Assembly (NCBI GenBank): GCA_025057175.1
Contig: JANWYE010000001.1
Span: 1-59,339 of the forward strand
DNA length: 59,339 nt
Direction of reading: 5' to 3'
Source of the DNA: Chloroflexus sp.
GTDB lineage: Bacteria; Chloroflexota; Chloroflexia; Chloroflexales; Chloroflexaceae
Part shown: one piece after another, positions 7,579 through 18,715 of the stretch
Numbering within the stretch: position 1 is the first letter of the stretch
Layout of the letters: each line of letters starts with the position of its first letter
Notes under the pieces: model-generated
Told to the model about the DNA's origin: nothing
The model's database searches: none
What the model saw: only the letters and a program-made list of their open reading frames with translations
Position numbers and translations under genes: made by a program

Positions 7579-10284
7579 ATGCCAGATGTGACGCTTACCA
7601 TCGATGGAGTGCAGGTGACGGTGCCTGCCGGTACCAATATCGTTGATGCAGCCCGCCAAGCCGGCATCGCCATCCCGGTCTTCTGTTACCATCCGCGCCT
7701 TAAGCCGGTTGGCATGTGCCGGATGTGTTTGGTTGAGGTCGGCACGCCGAAGATCGATCCGGCTACCCGTCAGCCGGTGCTCGATGCTCATGGCCAGCCG
7801 GTCATTGCTATGATGCCCAAGTTGCAAACCGCCTGCACCACTCCGGTCAGTCCGGGGATGGTCGTGAAGACCACAACCGAGCAGGTGAAGTTTGCTCAGC
7901 GCGGCATTCTGGAGTTTTTGCTCACCTCGCACCCGCTCGATTGTCCGGTCTGCGATAAGGGTGGCGAGTGCCCGCTGCAGAATCTGACGATGGGTTGGGG
8001 ACCGGCGGTTTCCCGCTTCGACTATAACGATAAGGTGCATTTCGAGAAGCCGGTCAAGCTCGGCGACTTGATCTATCTTGACCGCGAGCGCTGTATTCTC
8101 TGCGGACGCTGTGTGCGCTTCCAAGACGAGATTGCCGATGATCCAGTGCTGGGCTTCGATAACCGGGGCCGTAATTGGATGATTATCTCGAAGTCGGATC
8201 CGCCGTTCAATAGCAAGTTTTCCGGCAATACTACCGATATTTGCCCGGTGGGCGCGCTTACTAGCAGCGATTTTCGCTTCAAGGCGCGCGTGTGGGAGTT
8301 GCAGAGCAAGCCGGTGGTCTGTACACTCTGCCCGGTCGGCTGCAATCTAACGCTCGATATGCGCTATGACCGGCTGATGCGGGTGATGCCGCGCGAGAAT
8401 GCGGCCGTGAATGACATCTGGATTTGTGATAAGGGCCGCTACGGCCACCGCTTTATCGAGACCGATCGCCTAACGACGCCGTTGGTGCGGCGCGACGGCA
8501 AGTTGGTGCCGGTAAGTTGGGATGAGGCGCTTGAGGTGGTGGCCGATCAGTTGACGATTATCCGAGCGCGGCATGGCGGCAGCGCCTTGGCCGGCTTGGC
8601 CGGGCCGCAGCTCAGCAATGAAGACCTTTACCTCTTCCAGAAGCTGTTGCGCGAGTTGGGCAGCGAGAATATTGATACCGGCATTGGCGGGCCGGCGGCG
8701 CTCCCGCCCGATGAGATCGGCGGATGGCTCGCTCCCGGTCCCGGCACTGATCTGAGCAAACTCGGCGCAGGGACGGTGGCGCTGGTCGTGGGGGCCGATC
8801 CTGAAGAGGAAGCCCCGCTTTATCTGCTGCGGCTGCGTGGGATTGCCCAGCGCGGCGGCAAGCTGATTGTCGCCGGTCTGCGGCCGACGAAGCTCGACCG
8901 TTCGGCGACGAAGGTGGTGCGTTACCAGCCTGCCGGTGAATTGGCCTTTGTTCACGGCCTGCTGAAGGCGGCGCTGGAAGCAGGCGCGAAGCCGGCAGCG
9001 CTTGATCGGGTGCAGGGATGGAATGATCTGCGCCGAGCATTAGGCCAGACGAAGCTCGAAGATTTAGCGGCGGCGTGCGGGTTGCCGGTGGCAGAGTTGG
9101 AAACGCTAGCGAAAGACTTCCTTGCCGCCGAGCAGAGCCTGATTGTCTATGGTTGGGAAGCGCGCAGTGCGGGGCCGGCCTTGGCCGAGGCGCTGGCGGC
9201 GCTCATGCTGTTGAGCGGCAGAGCCGGTACTGCCAACAATGGCATCATTGCCCTGTTGCCGGGTGGCAATAGCCGTGGCGCGATTGAGATGGGAGTGCGC
9301 CCCGATGCTGGGCCGGGTTACGCGCCGCGCAAGCAGCGCGGCCTCGATGCCAACGGCATCTGGGAAGCAGCTCAGGCCGGCAAGGTGCGCGCGATCTGGC
9401 TGGCCGGCGTTGATCCGGCGGCTAAGCTGCCCGCCGCGCGCGCGGCGCTCGCAGCGGCTGAGTTCGTGGTGGTGCAAGACCTCTTCCTCACCGCCAGCGC
9501 CGAGCTGGCCGATGTGGTATTGCCGGCGGCCAGCGTTGCCGAGCGTGAAGGTACGTACACCAATGCCGAGCGGCGGGTGCAGCGTTCGCGGCAAGCCTGC
9601 GCGCCGGTGGGGGAGGCTCGCCCCGACTGGCAGATTATCGCTGCTGTGGCCCAAACGCTGGCAATGGTGCCAATTGGCGGCGGTCGCAATGGCCCAATTC
9701 CGGTAACTTCCGAAGCGTGGGAGTATGTGGTAGCGGCAGATGTAGCCGCCGAAATCGCGGCCAAAGCGCCGGGGTATGCCGGCATCACCTACGCCGCACT
9801 GGCAGCTACCGGCACCGGCGGCAACTGGGGGCGCCAATACGACGACGCGATCTATTACGATGGCACCAGCTATGCCAACAGCGAGGGCGTAGGGTTGGTG
9901 TTGCCGGCATTGACAGCCAAAGGCGCAGCCTTGACCTTCACCGGCGCTGTTACTCGCTTCGCCGATGACCGCCCGTTGCTGCTGCTCGAACAGGTGCTAG
10001 CGTATGATGGCGATCGCCATCTGCGCGGTTCGAAGTTGCAGGGTCTTGTCCCGGCAGGTCATGTCGTGATCAGCGCCGATGACGCGGCGAAGTTGAATAT
10101 CCATAGCGGCGATCGGGTACGATTGACTTCAGCGACCGGTGAGCTAGTATTGCCGGCGCGAGTCGTGGCCGATCTGCCATCTGGTATCATTTTGCTGCCG
10201 GCAGGATTGGCCGATGTCGAAGCTGCGGCCATCGAAACCGGCCCGCGCACGCGGGTGAGTCTGGCGAAGGTGGTCATGGGATGA
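7579..10284 (+). CDS. nuoG: NADH-quinone oxidoreductase subunit G (long form with N7 cluster)
   Basis: FCYHPRL...CRMCLVE, HPLDCPVCDKGGEC, CILCGRCVR and CTLCPVGC...ICDKGR. Confidence 0.96.
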   Translation: MPDVTLTIDGVQVTVPAGTNIVDAARQAGIAIPVFCYHPRLKPVGMCRMCLVEVGTPKIDPATRQPVLDAHGQPVIAMMPKLQTACTTPVSPGMVVKTTTEQVKFAQRGILEFLLTSHPLDCPVCDKGGECPLQNLTMGWGPAVSRFDYNDKVHFEKPVKLGDLIYLDRERCILCGRCVRFQDEIADDPVLGFDNRGRNWMIISKSDPPFNSKFSGNTTDICPVGALTSSDFRFKARVWELQSKPVVCTLCPVGCNLTLDMRYDRLMRVMPRENAAVNDIWICDKGRYGHRFIETDRLTTPLVRRDGKLVPVSWDEALEVVADQLTIIRARHGGSALAGLAGPQLSNEDLYLFQKLLRELGSENIDTGIGGPAALPPDEIGGWLAPGPGTDLSKLGAGTVALVVGADPEEEAPLYLLRLRGIAQRGGKLIVAGLRPTKLDRSATKVVRYQPAGELAFVHGLLKAALEAGAKPAALDRVQGWNDLRRALGQTKLEDLAAACGLPVAELETLAKDFLAAEQSLIVYGWEARSAGPALAEALAALMLLSGRAGTANNGIIALLPGGNSRGAIEMGVRPDAGPGYAPRKQRGLDANGIWEAAQAGKVRAIWLAGVDPAAKLPAARAALAAAEFVVVQDLFLTASAELADVVLPAASVAEREGTYTNAERRVQRSRQACAPVGEARPDWQIIAAVAQTLAMVPIGGGRNGPIPVTSEAWEYVVAADVAAEIAAKAPGYAGITYAALAATGTGGNWGRQYDDAIYYDGTSYANSEGVGLVLPALTAKGAALTFTGAVTRFADDRPLLLLEQVLAYDGDRHLRGSKLQGLVPAGHVVISADDAAKLNIHSGDRVRLTSATGELVLPARVVADLPSGIILLPAGLADVEAAAIETGPRTRVSLAKVVMG

Positions 10285-10303
10285 TTTGCGCTCCGCTCAG
10301 CAA

Positions 10304-10486
10304 TGCCCTCCCTGCTCCCGCGTTAACGGGAGCAGAGGCAGAGAGATGAGAGCCTTATCCTAATCTGGGTGCAACCGCAGACTAGGGCATTGACAGGGGA
10401 AATAGGATAGTCGCGATACTCTCTTCGCCAAACCGCAGCTCCCCTGCTCCCGCGCCAGTGGGAGCAGGGGCTAGGGGAATGAGGGC
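10304..10486. repeat. Two REP-like palindromes in the nuoG-nuoH gap
   Basis: CTGCTCCCGCGTTAACGGGAGCAG (10312-10335) and CCCCTGCTCCCGCGCCAGTGGGAGCAGGGG (10441-10470). Confidence 0.75.
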
Positions 10487-10509
10487 ATCATGCCACTACA
10501 GGAGTGACC

Positions 10510-11724
10510 ATGGACTGGCTCACTATTCTGATTATCGTTATTCAGTGCTTTGTCATTACGCTGGCGGTGACGACAGCCTTCGCCTATCTCACCCTATTCG
10601 AGCGGCGGATACTGGCTCGCTTGCAGCACCGCGTTGGCCCCAACCGGGCCGGGCCGGGAGGGTTCTTGCAACCCGCTGCCGATGCCGTCAAGCTCTTCTT
10701 CAAAGAAGACATTGTGCCGGCAATGGCCGATAAACCGGTCTACTTGCTCGCGCCGGCGCTGGCCGTGATTCCGGCATTGATCATCTGGGCCGTCATCCCA
10801 TTTGGCTGTCTCAACCTCAACTGGGATTATCAGGCCTGTTATGATCCGGCCCGCGCCAATTTGTGGAATATTTTGCAGATTACCGACCTCAATATCGGTG
10901 TCCTGTACGTGCTGGCCGTGACCAGTGTTGGGGTCTACGGCATTACTTTGGCCGGTTGGGCCTCGAACAACAAATACTCGATGCTCGGTGGCATTCGCTC
11001 ATCGGCCCAGCTTATTTCGTATGAACTGGCATTGGGATGCGCCGTGCTCAGCGTGGTGATGACTTACGGCACCTTCTCGACCCACGAGATTGTCACCCAG
11101 CAAAAGGGCGGGTTGTGGGGCATCATCCCGCAACTGCTCGGTTTTGCCCTATTTATGGTCGCCGCCACTGCCGAAGTGGTGCGCGCGCCGTTTGATTTGG
11201 TGGAAGCTGAGCAAGAGCTGACCGGCGGCTATAACACCGAATATGGCTCGATGAAATTCGCCCTCTTCTTTATGGCTGAGTACATCAAGCTCATTGCCGT
11301 ATCGGCCTTGGCCGTCACCTTCTTCTTCGGCGGGTGGAACTTCCCCGGCCTCGACATTTTGGGCCGTGAAGTGACGGCGTTGGCCGGGCCGGTGGCCGGC
11401 AGCATTGTCTTCGGGATCGTCTCGCTCGGCGCGTTCTTGCTCAAGGTCGTCATCTTCCTCTTCATCTCGGTCTGGGTGCGCGCCTCGTGGCCACGCCTGC
11501 GCTACGATCGCCTCATGGATTTGGGGTGGAAGTGGCTGTTGCCGGTCGGTTTGCTCAATCTCGTCTATACCGCCGTGGTGATTGTGCTGATTCCCGATCG
11601 CGTAGTGCATTCGTGGGTCTTGTTCGGCTTGGGCGCATTGACCATCGCAATTGCGATCGGCTTCAATCGCACACCCAAACCGGTTGATAACGTCATCTTG
11701 GTGAAAGACGTGCAAGTCCCGTAA
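10510..11724 (+). CDS. nuoH: NADH-quinone oxidoreductase subunit H
   Basis: [41 protein letters not shown] and PRLRYD. Confidence 0.96.
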   Translation: MDWLTILIIVIQCFVITLAVTTAFAYLTLFERRILARLQHRVGPNRAGPGGFLQPAADAVKLFFKEDIVPAMADKPVYLLAPALAVIPALIIWAVIPFGCLNLNWDYQACYDPARANLWNILQITDLNIGVLYVLAVTSVGVYGITLAGWASNNKYSMLGGIRSSAQLISYELALGCAVLSVVMTYGTFSTHEIVTQQKGGLWGIIPQLLGFALFMVAATAEVVRAPFDLVEAEQELTGGYNTEYGSMKFALFFMAEYIKLIAVSALAVTFFFGGWNFPGLDILGREVTALAGPVAGSIVFGIVSLGAFLLKVVIFLFISVWVRASWPRLRYDRLMDLGWKWLLPVGLLNLVYTAVVIVLIPDRVVHSWVLFGLGALTIAIAIGFNRTPKPVDNVILVKDVQVP

Positions 11725-11765
11725 TCACCGTGGCGAGGCGATGCCTTGCCCGAAAGGACACACCT

Positions 11766-12263
11766 ATGCTCAAAGAACTGGTCAAAGGGTTAGGAACGAC
11801 CCTCCGCTACATGTTCAAGCGCCCGGTGACGGTGCAATACCCCGAAGTGAAGCGTCCGGTGCGCGAGCGATTTCGCGGTCGCCACGAATTGAAGCGCTTC
11901 GCCAACGGCCAAGAGCGCTGCATTGGCTGCGCGCTCTGCGCTGCGGCCTGCCCCGCTGATGCGATCTTGGTGATTCCGGCAGAGAATGATCCGGCTAATC
12001 CACGCTCACCCGGCGAGCGCTATGCCGCGGTGTATGAAATTAACATGCTGCGCTGCATCTTTTGCGGTTACTGCGAAGATGCCTGCCCGACCAACGCGAT
12101 TGTGCTAGAGCACCAGTATGAGTTGAGCTTTTATGACCGGCGCGCGGCGATCTATACCAAAGAGATGCTGCTAGTGCCGCCGGATAAGGGGCATGGCGAG
12201 CCGCCGCCGATTTTGCAACAACTGAACCGGCAACCAAGCCCGCCGGCCAAGATTGATTTGTGA
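11766..12263 (+). CDS. nuoI: NADH-quinone oxidoreductase subunit I
   Basis: Two CxxCxxCxxxCP motifs; RBS AAAGGA before ATG 11766. Confidence 0.96.
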   Translation: MLKELVKGLGTTLRYMFKRPVTVQYPEVKRPVRERFRGRHELKRFANGQERCIGCALCAAACPADAILVIPAENDPANPRSPGERYAAVYEINMLRCIFCGYCEDACPTNAIVLEHQYELSFYDRRAAIYTKEMLLVPPDKGHGEPPPILQQLNRQPSPPAKIDL

Positions 12264-12302
12264 GCTGAAGCCTCGGCGCTTGCAATCAGCGGAGCACGGT
12301 GT

Positions 12303-12809
12303 ATGGAATTGATCCTGTTTCTCGTGACGGCGGTGGTAGCGATTACCGGTGCAGTGGCGATGCTGCTCGCGCGCAATGCAGTGCATAGCGCGCTCTTCTT
12401 GTTGCTCAACTTTGGCGCGATTGCAGTGATGTATTTGCTCCTGCAAGCCCCGTTCCTCTTCGCCATTCAACTCACCGTCTATGCCGGCGCAATCATGGTG
12501 CTGTTCTTGTTTGTGGTGATGTTGTTGGGCGCTGAAAAGGTGGAGGATGCGCCGGATCGGATCGCATGGCAACAGCCATTGGCCCTGTTGTTGGGTTTGG
12601 CGTTGTTGGTTGTATCGGTGGTGGTCGGTTTGGGGGGCGCAACCACGCCGCCGCCCGCCGGCGAAGCAGTAGCACAGTTTAGCGATCCGCAATCGTTAGG
12701 GGCGCTCCTCTTTACCGATTATCTGTTGCCATTTGAGATTACCGGCTTTATCCTGCTGATCGCAGTGGTGGGGGTGGTGGTTTTGAATCAGCGGGGGAGG
12801 AAGATCTGA
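12303..12809 (+). CDS. nuoJ: NADH-quinone oxidoreductase subunit J
   Basis: [17 protein letters not shown] and YLLPFE. Confidence 0.95.
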   Translation: MELILFLVTAVVAITGAVAMLLARNAVHSALFLLLNFGAIAVMYLLLQAPFLFAIQLTVYAGAIMVLFLFVVMLLGAEKVEDAPDRIAWQQPLALLLGLALLVVSVVVGLGGATTPPPAGEAVAQFSDPQSLGALLFTDYLLPFEITGFILLIAVVGVVVLNQRGRKI

Positions 12810-13111
12810 TGGTGCCCACCTCGTATTATGTGTTGCTCAGCGCCATCCTGTTTACGATCGGAGTGCTTGGTGTCTTGCTGCGGCGGAATGCGATTGTCGT
12901 CTTTATGTCGGTTGAGCTGATGTTGAATGCGGCCAATTTGGCCTTGGTCGCGTTTGCCCGCGAACGGCTCGGCGTTGAAGCGCAGGTGATCGTCTTTTTC
13001 GTGATTACGGTGGCCGCTGCCGAAGTAGCGGTCGGTTTGGCGTTGCTGGTCTCGATCTTCCGCACCAAACGCACCGCAGATGTCGATGAAGTCAGTACAT
13101 TGAAGGGCTAG
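12809..13111 (+). CDS. nuoK: NADH-quinone oxidoreductase subunit K
   Basis: [20 protein letters not shown] and [11 protein letters not shown]. Confidence 0.96.
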   Translation: MVPTSYYVLLSAILFTIGVLGVLLRRNAIVVFMSVELMLNAANLALVAFARERLGVEAQVIVFFVITVAAAEVAVGLALLVSIFRTKRTADVDEVSTLKG

Positions 13112-13117
13112 CCGGCT

Positions 13118-15046
13118 ATGGAATGGTTGATCTGGCTTATTCCGCTGCTGCCGTTTATCGGCTTTTTGTTGAATGTGTTTGTGATTCGCCGCGAGCGCGA
13201 AGCAGGGCTTGTCGCGAGCGGTCTGGTGGCGGCAGCGTTTGTGGTGACGCTGATCGCGGTGGCGATGCTGGCCGGTATGCCACCCGAAGAGCGGCGGATC
13301 GTCAGCACAGCGTGGGAGTGGATCAATACCGGTAGCTTCCGGGTGCCGTTTGCAATCATGTTCGACCCGCTCACAGCAGTGATGGCGCTACTGATTACCG
13401 GCGTTGGTGCATTGATCCACGTCTATTCGATCGGCTACATGCACGGCGACCCGCGGGTAGTGCGCTATTTTGCCTACCTCAATCTGTTCGTCACCATGAT
13501 GCTCTTCCTCGTGATGGCGAACAACCTGCTGCTGCTTTTCCTCGGTTGGGAAGGCGTCGGTCTCTGCTCGTTCTTGCTGATCGGTTTCTGGTTCGAGCGC
13601 AAGTCGGCCAGCGCAGCGGCGGTGAAGGCGTTTGTGGTGAACCGCATCGGCGATGCCGCGTTCATTCTAGCGATGCTGGCGGTGTTCGCGTACTTTGGCA
13701 CGCTCAATTTTTATGGCGACGGCGAGGGCGGGCAGCTCGGCTTTCTTGAGCGCGTTAGCGATATTGCCGGTCTGCGCATTGGCCCCGATTGGCAACCGAT
13801 CTTCGTCAGCACGGCGATCTCGTTCCTGTTGCTGATCGGCGCCACCGGCAAGAGCGCCCAGTTCCCGCTCTTCGTCTGGTTGCCCGACGCAATGGCCGGC
13901 CCTACGCCGGTCTCGGCTCTGATTCACGCCGCAACGATGGTGACCGGTGGCGTCTATCTGATGGCCCGCACTGAGCCGTTGTTTGTCGCGTCGTTTACCA
14001 CGCAGGCTTGGGTGGCATGGATTGGGGCGCTAACTGCGCTGCTGGCCGGCACGGCGGCGATGGCCCAGTGGGATATTAAGCGGGTGCTGGCCTATAGCAC
14101 CGTCTCGCAGTTGGGCTTTATGGTGGCGGCTTGTGGCATGGGCGCGTATGTGGCCGCGATCTTCCACTTGCTGACCCACGGTATCTTCAAGGCCCTCCTC
14201 TTCCTTGGCGCCGGTTCGGTGATTCACGGTACCCACGATACGCAGGATATGCGGCGCATGGGTGGGCTGAAAGACGCGATGCCAACCACTTTCCGCACCT
14301 ACGTGATTGGGGCCTTGGCGCTGGCCGGCATCGTTCCGTTTGCCGGCTTCTGGAGCAAAGACGAGATTTTGGCCCATGCCATTAGTCACGGTCACACGCC
14401 GATCTTTATCATTCTCTTCCTGACTTCGCTGCTCACGGCGTTCTACATGGGCCGGCAAGTGGCGCTAGTCTTCTTCGGTACACAGCGCGATCCGAGCTAT
14501 CATCCGCACGAAAGCCCGCCAGTGATGACCGTGCCGCTGGTGGTGCTAGCGGTCGGTGCAGTGATCGGCGGCGCAATTAATTTGCCGGTGCTGCACTGGC
14601 TAACCGACTGGCTCGAACCGGTGTTGCACGAGAAGGCCGGCGAATTTAACCTCTGGTTGGCCCTGATTGCGACTGCCGGCGCGGTGGGCATGGGTTATCT
14701 TGGTTGGTGGATTTACACCACCAATGCGGCCAAGATCAAGATCGGCGGCAAAGATCCGGCCTACCGCTATAGCGGCGACATCTGGGAAGGGATGGAAGAG
14801 GCGTGGTATTTCGACCGGCTCTACCAGCGCACGGTGGTGGCCGGTTTCGAGCGGTTGGCCGATTTTCTGGCCCGCGTCTTCGATCCGCAAGGGGTTGACG
14901 GGCTAGTTATGGGGGTAGGCCGTTTCTTCGGCGGGCTGGCCAATGGCGTGCGCGCATTGCAAACCGGTTATGTGCGCACGTATGCGCTGGTCTTTACGGT
15001 AGGTGTCTTGATTGTGCTCGGTGTGATGCTCTGGTTTGCTCGTTAG
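13118..15046 (+). CDS. nuoL: NADH-quinone oxidoreductase subunit L
   Basis: GWEGVGLCSFLLIGFW and GKSAQFPLFVWLPDAMAGPTPVSALIHAATMV. Confidence 0.97.
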   Translation: MEWLIWLIPLLPFIGFLLNVFVIRREREAGLVASGLVAAAFVVTLIAVAMLAGMPPEERRIVSTAWEWINTGSFRVPFAIMFDPLTAVMALLITGVGALIHVYSIGYMHGDPRVVRYFAYLNLFVTMMLFLVMANNLLLLFLGWEGVGLCSFLLIGFWFERKSASAAAVKAFVVNRIGDAAFILAMLAVFAYFGTLNFYGDGEGGQLGFLERVSDIAGLRIGPDWQPIFVSTAISFLLLIGATGKSAQFPLFVWLPDAMAGPTPVSALIHAATMVTGGVYLMARTEPLFVASFTTQAWVAWIGALTALLAGTAAMAQWDIKRVLAYSTVSQLGFMVAACGMGAYVAAIFHLLTHGIFKALLFLGAGSVIHGTHDTQDMRRMGGLKDAMPTTFRTYVIGALALAGIVPFAGFWSKDEILAHAISHGHTPIFIILFLTSLLTAFYMGRQVALVFFGTQRDPSYHPHESPPVMTVPLVVLAVGAVIGGAINLPVLHWLTDWLEPVLHEKAGEFNLWLALIATAGAVGMGYLGWWIYTTNAAKIKIGGKDPAYRYSGDIWEGMEEAWYFDRLYQRTVVAGFERLADFLARVFDPQGVDGLVMGVGRFFGGLANGVRALQTGYVRTYALVFTVGVLIVLGVMLWFAR

Positions 15047-15399
15047 CCCTAGCCAGATCGGTCGCCTTCGGTTTGATGAGCGGGTGCGTGGCCAGTTTTG
15101 CTGGCTGTGGCTATGGCTGCGCGGGGCATGGGCGTATCGCGATGGCATACAGAGACCGGCGCACGAGAGTCAAACTTCGTTGGCGAATGATGAAGTAGCC
15201 GGTAAAGCAGTTTTTCGCGCAACTTCCTGCTCTCGTCGGAGGGCAAACTCCGCTTCCTCCCTCCTCATCGGGGGAGCAAGGAGGGAACGGAGATAACGAG
15301 AAACGCGCGTCACAGACAAACAAGGTTTCTCTGGTACGGGAAGGCCGGGGTAGTGGCCGGCGATGGTCTGGCCGGCGCGCTGCTCCACGAGGGAGTGTT

Positions 15400-16977
15400 A
15401 TGAATCAGCTAGGCTTTCCGCTCCTCTCGCTCATCCTTTGGCTGCCGGCAGCCGGGGCCTTGGCGCTGTTATTTGTGCCACGCACTAATGCCGAGCTGGC
15501 CCGCCGGGTGTCGCTGGCGACGATGGTCATCGGTTTTCTGCTCTCGCTGCTGCTGCCGTTGCGCTTCGAGACCAATCCGATGCAGATCGCGATGGTTGGC
15601 GCGCCGCCGGTGATGCAGTTTGTCGAAGAGGCGCCGTGGTTGCCGATCGTTGGCGCCACCTATAGTTTGGGGGTTGACGGTATCAGCCTGTGGCTGGTCA
15701 TGTTGACCACCTTTCTTGGCCCGATTGTGGTGCTGTCAACGTGGGATTCGGTGCATAAAGATGTGCGTAACTTCCAGATTTTGCTGCTGATCTTGCAGAC
15801 GGCGATGATCGGCGTCTTTATCGCGCAAGATCTGCTGCTGTTTTACCTCTTCTGGGAGTTTACGCTCATCCCGATGACGTTCTTGATCGGGATTTGGGGT
15901 AGCCAAAATCGGATCTACGCCGCGCGCAAGTTCTTTCTCTACACCTTTGCCGGCTCGGTGTTGATGTTGTTGGCGCTTATTGCGCTCCATCTGCTCCATC
16001 GCGACGCTATCGCTGCGGTCGATCCGAGTTTTCGCGGCACCTTCAGTTTCAGCCGGTTTGTAAGCGATCTGCGCGCTGGCCGGTTTACCCTCGATACCAC
16101 GACCGAGCGGCTATTGTTTGGCGCGTTCTTCCTTGCCTTTGCGGTGAAAGTGCCGCTCTGGCCGTTCCACACGTGGTTGCCTGACGCTCACGTCGAAGCG
16201 CCGACTGCTGGTTCGGTGGTGCTGGCCGGCGTATTGCTCAAGTTGGGCGGTTACGGCATGATCCGCTATAATCTGACCCTCTTCCCGGCGGCGGCGCAGT
16301 GGGCTGCGCCGGCGCTGGCCGTGCTGGCCGTGATCGGCATCATCTATGGCGCGGCGGTGGCCTTTGCCCAGTCAGATATGAAGAAGCTGGTCGCCTATTC
16401 GTCGGTGAGCCACATGGGATTTGTCGTGCTCGGCATCTTTGCGCTCAATGCGGAAGGGATCAGCGGCGCTGTGTTGCAGATGGTCAATCATGGCCTGAGC
16501 ACCAGCGCTCTCTTCTTAATGGTCGGAGTGCTCTACGAGCGGCGGCATACCCGCGAATTGGCCGAGTATGGCGGGTTGTGGAAGGTCATGCCGATCTTTG
16601 CTGCCTTCAGTTTGCTGGTCGCACTCTCGTCGGCGGGCTTGCCGGGCTTGAACGGGTTTATTGGCGAGTTTACGATTATCGCCGGCGCGTTCCGTTCGCC
16701 GTTACTCGGTTGGGTCTACGTGGCGTTTGCAGTTGGTGGCGTCGTGTTGGCGGCAGCGTACCTGCTCAAGCTCTTTCGAGCGGTCTTTATGGGTGATATC
16801 ACGCAGCCGGCCAATGCCAATTTGCCCGATCTTAACCGGCGTGAATTAACCGCCTTTGCCCTGCTGAGTATTCCGATTGTGGTGATTGGCATCTATCCGG
16901 CGCTCTTCTTTGCCGGCATGCAACATAGTGTCGCGGCGCTGGTGGCCGAATTGATGGCGCAGGTGGCGGGGAGCTAG
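15400..16977 (+). CDS. nuoM: NADH-quinone oxidoreductase subunit M
   Basis: FAVKVPLWPFHTWLPDAHVEAPT and KKLVAYSSVSHMG. Confidence 0.97.
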   Translation: MNQLGFPLLSLILWLPAAGALALLFVPRTNAELARRVSLATMVIGFLLSLLLPLRFETNPMQIAMVGAPPVMQFVEEAPWLPIVGATYSLGVDGISLWLVMLTTFLGPIVVLSTWDSVHKDVRNFQILLLILQTAMIGVFIAQDLLLFYLFWEFTLIPMTFLIGIWGSQNRIYAARKFFLYTFAGSVLMLLALIALHLLHRDAIAAVDPSFRGTFSFSRFVSDLRAGRFTLDTTTERLLFGAFFLAFAVKVPLWPFHTWLPDAHVEAPTAGSVVLAGVLLKLGGYGMIRYNLTLFPAAAQWAAPALAVLAVIGIIYGAAVAFAQSDMKKLVAYSSVSHMGFVVLGIFALNAEGISGAVLQMVNHGLSTSALFLMVGVLYERRHTRELAEYGGLWKVMPIFAAFSLLVALSSAGLPGLNGFIGEFTIIAGAFRSPLLGWVYVAFAVGGVVLAAAYLLKLFRAVFMGDITQPANANLPDLNRRELTAFALLSIPIVVIGIYPALFFAGMQHSVAALVAELMAQVAGS

Positions 16978-17170
16978 TGCGCTGCTTGGCATTGAGCCAC
17001 AATCGTTTGCTATGATGCTCCCTCTTCTGCGTGTGCGGAGAGCAGGAAGGGCGGCAAGCGTTTAGATGCCTATTCATCTGGCTGGCCGGCGCCCAAAGTG
17101 ATGTGAGGGAAACAGCACATCCTACAACGATGGTTATGGCCGTCGCCGATACAGGCGAGGAGGAGAGAAG

Positions 17171-18643
17171 ATGGATTCATTGACGATCCCGCCGGTGGAT
17201 CTAGCATTGATGGCGCCCCTCTTGGTGGTGGTCACGTGGGCGACCATCTTACTATTGGTTGATGTGTTCTTTATTCCCGATGGTCGCAAGAAACTGACCG
17301 GCTACCTTGCGATCGGCGGGTTGATGGTGGCAGGACTGGTTGGTTTGCCGCTCTGGGGCGTGACCGGCACCACCTTCGGTGGCATGCTGCGGCTCGATCC
17401 ATTTGCGCTAACGCTTACGTGGATCTTCTTGCTGGTCGGCGTTCTTAGCATTGCGATGTCGCTGGAGTATTTACCCAGCCAAGGGATCGAGCAGGGTGAA
17501 TTCTATCCACTGATCATGTTTGCCGTGAGCGGCATGATCTTGCTAGCGCAAGGCACCGATCTGATTGTGCTCTTTCTCGGCATCGAGACGCTCTCGATTA
17601 CACTCTACATTCTGACCGGCTTTGCTTACCCGCGCCTAACCTCGGAAGAGGCGGCGATGAAATATCTGGTGTTGGGCGCGTTTGCCGCCGGATTTTTCGT
17701 CTATGGCATTGCCCTGATCTTTGGCGCCACCGGTTCGACCCGGCTTAGCGAGATTGGCGCGTATGCTGCGAGCCGCGGCTTGGGCGATCTCAACCTCACC
17801 TTGCTGCTCGGTGGCGCGGCGATGGTGTTGATCGCCTTTGCTTTTAAGGTGGCGTTAGCCCCGTTCCACATGTGGACACCCGATGTCTATGAGGGATCGC
17901 CGACGCCGGTGGCAGCGTTTATGAGCGTTGGCACCAAGGGCGGCGCACTAGCGGCGCTGGTGCGGCTACTATTTGAGGGTATGCCGACGCTAAGCGAGTA
18001 CTGGTTGCCGGTGTTGGCCGGCCTAACCGCATTGACGATGGTGGTTGGCAATTTGGGCGCTGTCGCCCAGACTAATGTCAAGCGGATGCTCGCCTATTCG
18101 AGCATCGGCCATGCTGGTTACGTGATGTTGGGGGTGATGGTAGCCGGCGAGCAGCGCGGGCCAGAAGCCTTCATCTTCTATTTACTGGTCTACGCGCTGA
18201 GCAATCTCGGCGCATTCGCGGTATTAATTGCGCTTGAGCATCAGGGTGAAAACGCTTGGCAACTTGATGACTTTGCCGGCTTGTACCAACGCCAGCCGCT
18301 CCTTGCGGTGGCGATGGCAATCTTCATGTTCTCGTTGGCCGGCGTGCCGCCGACCGCCGGCTTTATGGCCAAGTTCTACGCACTAACTGCCGCGTGGGAA
18401 GGCGGGTTGCCGTGGCTGGCGCTGGTGGGTGTGTTGACCAGCGCGGTCGCCGCATTCTTCTACCTGCGCGTGATCATCCGTATGTTCATGACTGAACCGG
18501 AAGGCGAACCGGTCCCTGCGCTCAATAGTGGGTTGACGGTAGACATTGTAGTGGCGGCAATTGGGACGATTGCGATTGGCCTCATCCCGGCGCCGGTATT
18601 CGCGTTGGTCGAGCGCTCGTTGGTAGCGTTAAGCGGATCATAG
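17171..18643 (+). CDS. nuoN: NADH-quinone oxidoreductase subunit N
   Basis: EAAMKY, FKVALAPFHMWTPDVYEGSPTP and KRMLAYSSIGHAGY. Confidence 0.97.
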   Translation: MDSLTIPPVDLALMAPLLVVVTWATILLLVDVFFIPDGRKKLTGYLAIGGLMVAGLVGLPLWGVTGTTFGGMLRLDPFALTLTWIFLLVGVLSIAMSLEYLPSQGIEQGEFYPLIMFAVSGMILLAQGTDLIVLFLGIETLSITLYILTGFAYPRLTSEEAAMKYLVLGAFAAGFFVYGIALIFGATGSTRLSEIGAYAASRGLGDLNLTLLLGGAAMVLIAFAFKVALAPFHMWTPDVYEGSPTPVAAFMSVGTKGGALAALVRLLFEGMPTLSEYWLPVLAGLTALTMVVGNLGAVAQTNVKRMLAYSSIGHAGYVMLGVMVAGEQRGPEAFIFYLLVYALSNLGAFAVLIALEHQGENAWQLDDFAGLYQRQPLLAVAMAIFMFSLAGVPPTAGFMAKFYALTAAWEGGLPWLALVGVLTSAVAAFFYLRVIIRMFMTEPEGEPVPALNSGLTVDIVVAAIGTIAIGLIPAPVFALVERSLVALSGS

Positions 18644-18715
18644 GAGGGGCAAGGCGGCTTCTTGCCCCTCTCCGGTACGCCGCCGCGCCCCCACGGCGCG
18701 GCGCCGTGCCCCTAC
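18642..18715. terminator. Paired GC-rich hairpins (REP-like or terminator) between nuoN and the convergent gene
   Basis: GAGGGGCAAG-GCGGCTT-CTTGCCCCTC followed by CGCCGCGCC-CCCAC-GGCGCGGCG...CCCCTAC. Confidence 0.55.

Noticed and set aside
10390-10420. Internal promoter before nuoH
   Set aside because: TTGACA is present but the best -10 (GATACT) is 19 bp away, which is too weak to call.
15047-15399. Remnant of a second nuoM (2M complex I) or a small gene in the nuoL-nuoM gap
   Set aside because: No hydrophobic antiporter-like translation is present, only short unconvincing ORFs and hairpins.
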